A stretch of DNA of 64,000 bases from Candidatus Latescibacterota bacterium. Lineage in GTDB: Bacteria; Latescibacterota; UBA2968; UBA8231. This document shows positions 56,652-64,000 of this stretch, one piece after another. Within the stretch, counting starts at the first letter, position 1. Every line of letters starts with the position of its first letter. The notes below the pieces were generated by a model. It had not been told where the DNA came from, searched no databases, and was given only the letters and a program-made list of their open reading frames with translations. A program made the position numbers and the translations under genes. The stretch is taken from assembly GCA_965206595.1 (NCBI GenBank), contig OZ242214.1, positions 6,560,001 through 6,624,000 of the forward strand, in the 5' to 3' direction.

Positions 56652-57850
56652 CAGGTGGTGTACTCCGCGTTCAGGCGCACGTACTCGTAGGTGAGATCGC
56701 AGGTGAAGATCTCGGTTGCCTCCCCGCCCATGGCCAAGTCGATGGCGATGGCGATCTCATCCGCCTGCATGGCCGCGCTCAGCTTCCCCTCGTCGTAAGA
56801 AAGTCCGGCTCCGTTTCCGTAAATATCGGTGCCGCACAGTGACACCCGCGCCTTTCCCGGGTCGAAGTCGACTCCGGCGTACCCCACAGCGCACAGGATC
56901 CGTCCCCAGTTGGGATCGTTGCCGAAAGCCGCTGTCTTCACCAGGCTCGAGTTGGCTACCGCGAGTCCGACCTGCCTCGCTTCCGCTTCGGTTGCGGCGC
57001 CGCGCACCGATATGGCGATCAGCTTGGAGGATCCCTCGGCGTCGCGCGCGATCTCCTGGGCCATCTGCCGGCAGACATGCTCGATCCCCTCGTAGAGGCG
57101 CTCGCCGTCGCGCCCACCCAACTCCTCCGGAGAAGCGCCGCCGTTGGCCATCAGGATCACCGTGTCGCTCGTGCTCATGTCGCCGTCGACGGTGATGCAG
57201 TTGAAGGTGCGCCGGATCGCCTGCGACAGCAGCTCCTGCAGTTGTCCCCCCGGCACCGCGGCGTCGGTGGTCACCACCGACAGCATCGTCGCCATGTCGG
57301 GGGCGATCATCGCTGCCCCTTTAGCCATCGCCCCGATGACGGCGGTGCCCGACTCCAGCTCGACCTCGACGGCGCAGCTCTTCGACACCGTGTCCGTAGT
57401 CATGATCGCCTCGGCGGCCTCAGCCCCTCCTTCCTCGGACAACGCCGCGACGGCCCTCGGTATTCCCGCTTCGATCTTGCCGATCGGCAGCGGCACCCCG
57501 ATAACGCCGGTGGAGCAGACCAGCACCTCCTCCGCGCCCAGTCCGAGCTCCGAGGCCGTCAGGGAGCACATCCGCCGGGCGTGGTCGAGACCGGCATCGC
57601 CGTTGCAGACATTGGCGTTGCCGCTGTTGAGGATGACCGCCCGCGCCCTGCCGTCGGCGAGGTGCTCGCGGTCGACGGCTATCGGCGCTCCCTGGACCTT
57701 GTTGGTGGTGTACACCGCGGCGGCATTCGCCGGACGCGTCGAGTACACCAGGGCCAGGTCCCTCGCCCCGGACTCCTTGACGCCCGTACTGATCCCCGCC
57801 GCAAAGTAGCCGGGCGGAGAGGCGACCCCTCCGCCTTCGAGGTTTCTCAC
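56651..57850 (-). CDS. argJ: Bifunctional ornithine acetyltransferase/N-acetylglutamate synthase
   Basis: NSGNAN, STGVIG, IMTTDT, PDMATML, DPNWGRI, CDLTYEYVRLNAEYTT. Confidence 0.96.
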   Translation of the reverse strand: MRNLEGGGVASPPGYFAAGISTGVKESGARDLALVYSTRPANAAAVYTTNKVQGAPIAVDREHLADGRARAVILNSGNANVCNGDAGLDHARRMCSLTASELGLGAEEVLVCSTGVIGVPLPIGKIEAGIPRAVAALSEEGGAEAAEAIMTTDTVSKSCAVEVELESGTAVIGAMAKGAAMIAPDMATMLSVVTTDAAVPGGQLQELLSQAIRRTFNCITVDGDMSTSDTVILMANGGASPEELGGRDGERLYEGIEHVCRQMAQEIARDAEGSSKLIAISVRGAATEAEARQVGLAVANSSLVKTAAFGNDPNWGRILCAVGYAGVDFDPGKARVSLCGTDIYGNGAGLSYDEGKLSAAMQADEIAIAIDLAMGGEATEIFTCDLTYEYVRLNAEYTT

Positions 57851-57853
57851 CGC

Positions 57854-59461
57854 TCAGTCCGTCCCGGTGTTGCCGGCGGACCGCCCGGCCTCGGCCAGCG
57901 TATCCCGCATCAGTTTGAAATGCAAGGAGTCGTTCAGGGCGATCCAGCTCGCTTCGATGATGTTTTCCGACACCCCCACCGTACCCCAGACTTCGCGGCC
58001 GTCGGATGACTCGATCAGCACCCGCACCCGCGCCGCAGTGCCGTTGCTGCTGTCGAGGACGCGCACCTTGTAGTCGGCGAGATGGACGTGTCTCAGGCTC
58101 GGCCAGGCCCCCTCGAGGGCCTTGCGCAGGGCGCGATCGAGGGCGTTGACCGGGCCCTCCCCTTCGGCCACGGTGTGCACCATCTCCCCGTTCACCTCGA
58201 CCTTGACAATCGCTTCGGCCACCTCGGCGCTGCCGTCGTCCTTGCGGCTGATGGTGCGGAAGCTCAGGGGCCGAAACTGGTCCTCGTAGAGTCCCATCGT
58301 CCGCCGCGCCAGCAGCTCGAACGAGCCCTCTGCGGCCTCGAACTGGTAGCCGTCGTGCTCGAGCCGCTTCACTTCCCCCAGCACCTGCGGGACGATCGGA
58401 TCCTTCTTGCTGAGCCCGGGGAAGAACCTGTTGAGCTTGGAAACCACCGTGCTCCCGCCCGACTGGTCCGAGACCAGGAAGCGGCGCTCGTTCCCCGTCG
58501 CCTGCGGGTCGATGTGCTCGTAGCAGCGCGGGTTCTTGGTCATCGCGTCGATGTGCACCCCTCCCTTGTGGGCGAAGGCGCTCTCGCCGACGTACGGCTG
58601 GCGGTGATCGTGATGGACGTTGGCGATCTCGCTGAGAAAGCGCGAGAAGTCCATCAGCTCGGCGAGGTTCTCCTTCCCGATGAGGTGCATGCCGAGCTTG
58701 AGCTCGAGGGTCGGGATCACCGTACACAGATTGGCGTTGCCGCAGCGTTCTCCATAGCCGTTGAACGTCCCCTGCACTTGGACCGCTCCCAGCTCGGCGG
58801 CGGCCACGGTGTTGGCTTCGGCCATGCCGGAGTCGTTGTGGGTGTGGATGCCGAGAGGAAGGGAAACGGCGTCGCGGGTCGCGGCGAAGATGCGGCTGAC
58901 CTCGCTCGGCCGCCGGCCGCCGTTGGTGTCGCACAGGACCAGCAGGCGGGCGCCGCCGCGCGCCGCGGCGCGCAGGGTCTCCAAGGCGTAGTCGGGGGCC
59001 TCGCAGTAGCCGTCGAAGTAATGTTCGGCGTCGTAGATCACCTCGCGGCCGTGGGCGGCGAGATACCCCACCGAGTTCTCGATCAGCTCCAGGTTTTCCT
59101 GGGGCGTGGTCTTGAGCGCCTCCGTCACGTGCAGAATCCAGCTCTTGCCGAAGATGCAGACAGACTCGGTCTCCGCCTGCAGCAGCGTGTTCAGGGTGGC
59201 GTCCTCTTCCGCCGGCACCCCTGCCCGGCGCGTGCTGCCGAAAGCGGTGACGCGAGCCCGGAGATCGAGCTTCTTCACCTCGCGGAAAAACGCCTGGTCC
59301 TTCGGGTTGGTCGGGTTCGGCCAGCCCCCTTCGATGTAGTGGACCCCGAGGCGGTCTAGGCGTCGGGCGATTAGCAGTTTGTCCTCGAGCGAGTAGGCGA
59401 TCCCCTCGGCCTGGGCCCCGTCCCGCAGGGTGGCATCGTAGACTTCCAGGGTATCGTTCAT
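57854..59461 (-). CDS. cimA: Citramalate synthase
   Basis: TLRDGAQAEG, YDAEHYFDG, CDTNGG, HTHND, FAHKGGVH, FEAAEGS. Confidence 0.93.
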   Translation of the reverse strand: MNDTLEVYDATLRDGAQAEGIAYSLEDKLLIARRLDRLGVHYIEGGWPNPTNPKDQAFFREVKKLDLRARVTAFGSTRRAGVPAEEDATLNTLLQAETESVCIFGKSWILHVTEALKTTPQENLELIENSVGYLAAHGREVIYDAEHYFDGYCEAPDYALETLRAAARGGARLLVLCDTNGGRRPSEVSRIFAATRDAVSLPLGIHTHNDSGMAEANTVAAAELGAVQVQGTFNGYGERCGNANLCTVIPTLELKLGMHLIGKENLAELMDFSRFLSEIANVHHDHRQPYVGESAFAHKGGVHIDAMTKNPRCYEHIDPQATGNERRFLVSDQSGGSTVVSKLNRFFPGLSKKDPIVPQVLGEVKRLEHDGYQFEAAEGSFELLARRTMGLYEDQFRPLSFRTISRKDDGSAEVAEAIVKVEVNGEMVHTVAEGEGPVNALDRALRKALEGAWPSLRHVHLADYKVRVLDSSNGTAARVRVLIESSDGREVWGTVGVSENIIEASWIALNDSLHFKLMRDTLAEAGRSAGNTGTD

Positions 59462-59465
59462 TTCT

Positions 59466-60536
59466 TCACCCTCCCGCGGGCCCGTCCGCCACCGCCTGTG
59501 CCACGAGGTCGCCGACCTCCGATGTCGAGTACCCCATCTCGCCGGCCCCCATACCCTTCAGCTGCCGCAGGGTCGAGACGATGGCCTCATCCAGGAGTTC
59601 CGCTCCCTCCTGCTTTCCGAGGGTGGAGATCATCAGCTGGCAGGCGGCGATCGCCGCCATCGGGTTGATCACATTCTGTCCCGTGTACTTGGGGGCCGAT
59701 CCGCCGATCGGCTCGAACATCGACACCCCCTCCGGGTTGATGTTGCCCCCTGCGGCGATCCCCATGCCACCCTGGATCATCGCGCCGAGGTCGGTGATGA
59801 TGTCGCCGAAGATGTTGTCGGTGACGATCACGTCGAACCACTCCGGGTTCTTGACCATCCACATGCAGATGGCGTCAACGTGGGCGTAGTCCCGCCGGAT
59901 CTCCGGGAAATCGCTCTCACCCACCTCGTGAAAGGCGCGCTCCCAGAGATCGAAGGCGAAAGTCAGCACGTTGGTCTTGCCGCACAGGGTCAGCGTATTC
60001 TCCCTGGCGCGCCGCCGCGTGAACTCGAAGGCGTAGCGCAGGCAGCGCTCGACGCCCTTGCGGGTGTTGATCGATTCCTGCACCGCGATCTCGTCCGGCG
60101 TGCCCTTCTTGAAGAAGCCGCCGGTTCCGGTGTAGATCCCCTCGGTATTCTCGCGCACCACGACGAAGTCGATGTCCTCCGGCCCCTTGTCCTTCAGCGG
60201 GGTCGGCACGTTCGGGTAGAGCTTCACCGGGCGCAGGTTGATGTACTGATCGAGTTCGAACCGCAGCCGCAGCAGAATCCCCTTTTCCAAGATGCCCGGC
60301 TTCACTTCCGGGTGGCCGATGGCGCCGAGGTAGATGGCGTCGAACTGGCGCAGCTCGTCGACCGCGGAATCGGGAAGCACCTCGTCGGTGGCGAGAAAGC
60401 GGTCGCCGCCGAAATCGAACTCGACGGTCTCGTATGCGAACCCGACCTTCGCGGCCACCGCGCCGAGGGCCTTCAGACCCTCGGCAACCACCTCGGGGCC
60501 GGTCCCGTCACCCGGCAGAACGGCAATCCTGTACAA
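59466..60536 (-). CDS. leuB: 3-isopropylmalate dehydrogenase
   Basis: PGDGTGPEV, NLRP, RENTEG, DNIFGDIITD, FEPIGGSAP; TTG start at 60536 after GGAGG. Confidence 0.93.
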   Translation of the reverse strand: MYRIAVLPGDGTGPEVVAEGLKALGAVAAKVGFAYETVEFDFGGDRFLATDEVLPDSAVDELRQFDAIYLGAIGHPEVKPGILEKGILLRLRFELDQYINLRPVKLYPNVPTPLKDKGPEDIDFVVVRENTEGIYTGTGGFFKKGTPDEIAVQESINTRKGVERCLRYAFEFTRRRARENTLTLCGKTNVLTFAFDLWERAFHEVGESDFPEIRRDYAHVDAICMWMVKNPEWFDVIVTDNIFGDIITDLGAMIQGGMGIAAGGNINPEGVSMFEPIGGSAPKYTGQNVINPMAAIAACQLMISTLGKQEGAELLDEAIVSTLRQLKGMGAGEMGYSTSEVGDLVAQAVADGPAGG

Positions 60537-60538
60537 TC

Positions 60539-60789
60539 TCACCTCCCTCTTTTTTCGATTCGATTTGAAAGCCAGAACAGCCCCGCAACCACGGGGTCGA
60601 CCACCAGGATTACGACCGCGACTATCCCCGCCGCGGCCAGCGCGATCCCGACATGTACCCGACATGTATCAGAACGGCGCTGACGATTGCCGCTGCAACG
60701 AAAGAGAAAATCAGCGCGAACGCGGTAATGATCAGCACCCGGGAGATCGGGTTGTTGATCTTCCGCCCGCCCACCTTGATGTATCCCAT
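60539..60789 (-). pseudogene. Small two-TM protein frameshifted by an 11-bp tandem duplication
   Basis: CCCGACATGTA occurs twice (60647-60668); removing one copy gives a continuous 79-aa hydrophobic ORF from ATG 60789 to the stop at 60539. Confidence 0.65.
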
Positions 60790-60801
60790 ACCGGCCCTTC
60801 C

Positions 60802-61401
60802 TCAGAGTGCCGCCACGTACGGCAGCTTCCGGGCAGTGCTCTCGATCTCGTCGACCGCCTCGAGCAGCTGCCCCAGGGCATCCCACGTACCGGTCACGAG
60901 CTGCTCGCGCGGCCCATCGGGGAGGGTCGCCGCTATGGAATCGGACGCGAAGCCCACGGTCTGCGCCTCGACATCGATCTCCAGCTCCAGGGGCGGATCC
61001 TCCTCCACCGCCTGCATCAGCCGCTCCACGTCCGCTTCGGAAGCGGTCATGCAGGGCAGCCCCATGGCGACGCAGTTGCCGAAGAAAATCTCGGCGAACG
61101 ATTCGCCGACGAAGCCCTGGATGCCCCAGCGCGCCAGCGCCTGCGGAGCGTGCTCCCGGGAAGAGCCACAGCCGAAATTCTTGTTGGCCACGAGGATGCC
61201 GGCGCCCTGGTAGCGGGCATCGTCGAACGGGTGATTGCGGGCACGGCGCTCGTCCTCGAAGGCGTGCTCCCCGAGGTTGTCGAAGGTTACCGTGCGCAGG
61301 TAGCGGGCAGGGATGATGCGGTCGGTGTCTATATCGTTGCCGCGCACCACCACCGCCCTGCTCCTGATCGCTCCCCTGCGGGAATCGGTTGCCGTTTCCA
61401 T
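60802..61401 (-). CDS. leuD: 3-isopropylmalate dehydratase small subunit
   Basis: DIDTDRIIPARYL, NFGCGSSREHAP, SFAEIFFGN. Confidence 0.95.
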   Translation of the reverse strand: METATDSRRGAIRSRAVVVRGNDIDTDRIIPARYLRTVTFDNLGEHAFEDERRARNHPFDDARYQGAGILVANKNFGCGSSREHAPQALARWGIQGFVGESFAEIFFGNCVAMGLPCMTASEADVERLMQAVEEDPPLELEIDVEAQTVGFASDSIAATLPDGPREQLVTGTWDALGQLLEAVDEIESTARKLPYVAAL

Positions 61402-61403
61402 TC

Positions 61404-62816
61404 TCAGTCTCCCTGCCCGAGCATGGCGCGCACGTCGGTCACCGCGCCCTCGATCGCCGCGGCGGCGACCATTGCCGGGCTCATCAGCAGTGTCCGCCCC
61501 GTCGGGCTCCCTTGACGGCCCTTGAAGTTGCGGTTGCTCGACGAGGCACAGACCTGCCGCCCCTGCAGCTTGTCCGGATTCATCGCCAGGCACATCGAGC
61601 AACCGGCCTCCCGCCAATCGAAACCGGCCTCGCGAAAGACCTCGTGCAGGCCTTCGGCCTGGGCCTCCTCGCGCACCTCGCGGGACCCGGGAACCACGAG
61701 CGCCTTGATGTTTGCCTTGACCTTGCGGCCCCTGGCGACCTTCGCCGCCTCGCGCAGGTCGGATATTCTCGAGTTGGTGCACGAACCGACGAAGGCGACG
61801 TCGATGGCCGTGCCGGCAATCCTGTCCCCTTCCTCGAACTCCATGAAGTCGAGCGCTTCCCGCACGCTCGCCCGTTCCGATTCCGGAAAGGAGGTCAGCC
61901 GCGGGATGGCGCCGTCGACACCCGCCGACTGGCCGGGGGTGATTCCCCAGGTCACGGTCGGGGCGATGGCTCCGCCGTCGATTTCGACGCGGTCGTCGTA
62001 ACTCGCGCCAGTGGAGGAGGGCAGTGAACCCCACCATTCCGAGGCCCTGTCGAAGGCGCTTTCCGGCGGTGCGTACGGACGCCCCCGGACATAGTCGAAC
62101 GTCGTCTGGTCCGGGTTGACGTAACCGCAACGGGCGCCCCCCTCGATCGACATGTTGCAGACCGTCATGCGCTCTTCCATCGACATGGCGTCGAAGACCT
62201 CGCCGCCGTACTCGTAGGCGTAGCCCGCCCCGCTTTTCACCCCCAGTTCGCCGATGATGTTGAGGATGACGTCCTTGGCGTACACCCCTTCTCCGAGCCG
62301 GCCGTTGACCTCGATGCGGCGCACCCGCGGCCGCGCCATCGCCAGACACTGGCTCGCCAGGACGTCGCGCACCTGACTGGTGCCTATGCCGAAGGCAATC
62401 GATCCGAAGGCCCCGTGGGTCGAGGTGTGGCTGTCGCCGCAGGCGATGGTCATCCCCGGCTGCGTCAGCCCCAGCTCGGGGCCGATAACGTGCACGATCC
62501 CCTGGCGCGGGTCGTTCATGTCGAACAGGGGCACGGCGAATTCTCTCGCGTTCTCCTCGAGCGCAGCCATCATCTCTTCGGCAAGCCCGTCGGCAAACGG
62601 GCGCCCGCGCCGGTCCGTCGGGATGATGTGATCGACGGTGGCGTAGGTGCGCTCCGGATGCAGCACCTTCAGGCCGCGCTCGCGCAGCATCTGAAAGGCC
62701 TGGGGGCTGGTCACTTCGTGGATCAGGTGGAGGCCGATGAACAGCTGCGATTGCCCCGAGGGGAGCCGCCGCACCTCGTGCATATCCCAGATCTTCTCGA
62801 ACAGATTCTTCGACAT
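61404..62816 (-). CDS. leuC: 3-isopropylmalate dehydratase large subunit
   Basis: [35 protein letters not shown]. Confidence 0.97.
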   Translation of the reverse strand: MSKNLFEKIWDMHEVRRLPSGQSQLFIGLHLIHEVTSPQAFQMLRERGLKVLHPERTYATVDHIIPTDRRGRPFADGLAEEMMAALEENAREFAVPLFDMNDPRQGIVHVIGPELGLTQPGMTIACGDSHTSTHGAFGSIAFGIGTSQVRDVLASQCLAMARPRVRRIEVNGRLGEGVYAKDVILNIIGELGVKSGAGYAYEYGGEVFDAMSMEERMTVCNMSIEGGARCGYVNPDQTTFDYVRGRPYAPPESAFDRASEWWGSLPSSTGASYDDRVEIDGGAIAPTVTWGITPGQSAGVDGAIPRLTSFPESERASVREALDFMEFEEGDRIAGTAIDVAFVGSCTNSRISDLREAAKVARGRKVKANIKALVVPGSREVREEAQAEGLHEVFREAGFDWREAGCSMCLAMNPDKLQGRQVCASSSNRNFKGRQGSPTGRTLLMSPAMVAAAAIEGAVTDVRAMLGQGD

Positions 62817-62831
62817 TTCCCAGTCTCGTCG

Positions 62832-64000
<1,169 letters not shown>

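Noticed and set aside
59466-60665. 43-aa N-terminal extension of LeuB in the ORF track
   Set aside because: The upstream ATG lies in the 11-bp duplication of the small frameshifted gene; the RBS supports the TTG at 60536

Overview
High-GC bacterial DNA. A secreted protein ends in a FlgD-Ig/'PNPFN' sorting-type domain, which suggests an FCB-group candidate phylum such as Latescibacterota (inference). The left end is a selenium island: the 3' end of egtD, a PhnD/C/E-like putative selenate ABC transporter, a selenocysteine-containing selD (in-frame TGA plus SECIS-like hairpin, missed by the ORF track) and the divergent selenoneine genes senA-senB. Next come a lower-GC AAA-ATPase/partner pair and an 8-gene operon of unknown function: a GlmL-like ASKHA ATPase, a DUF6754-like protein and membrane proteins, with no glutamate mutase in the window. 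A 1.6-kb foreign segment bounded by a 57-bp direct repeat interrupts this operon. At 25089-25484 two abutting ORFs join through a TGA followed by a SECIS-like hairpin with the same geometry as in selD, giving a candidate new membrane selenoprotein. The rest is mainly catabolic and housekeeping genes (coiled-coil beta-CASP nuclease, SRAP, ABC-2 transporter, sugar-acid enzymes, DtxR-family regulator with operator, ispH, queC/queF, accA, argJ, cimA, leuABCD) plus several pseudogene remnants. No rRNA, tRNA, CRISPR array or transposase was seen. All family assignments come from motif recognition, not database searches.
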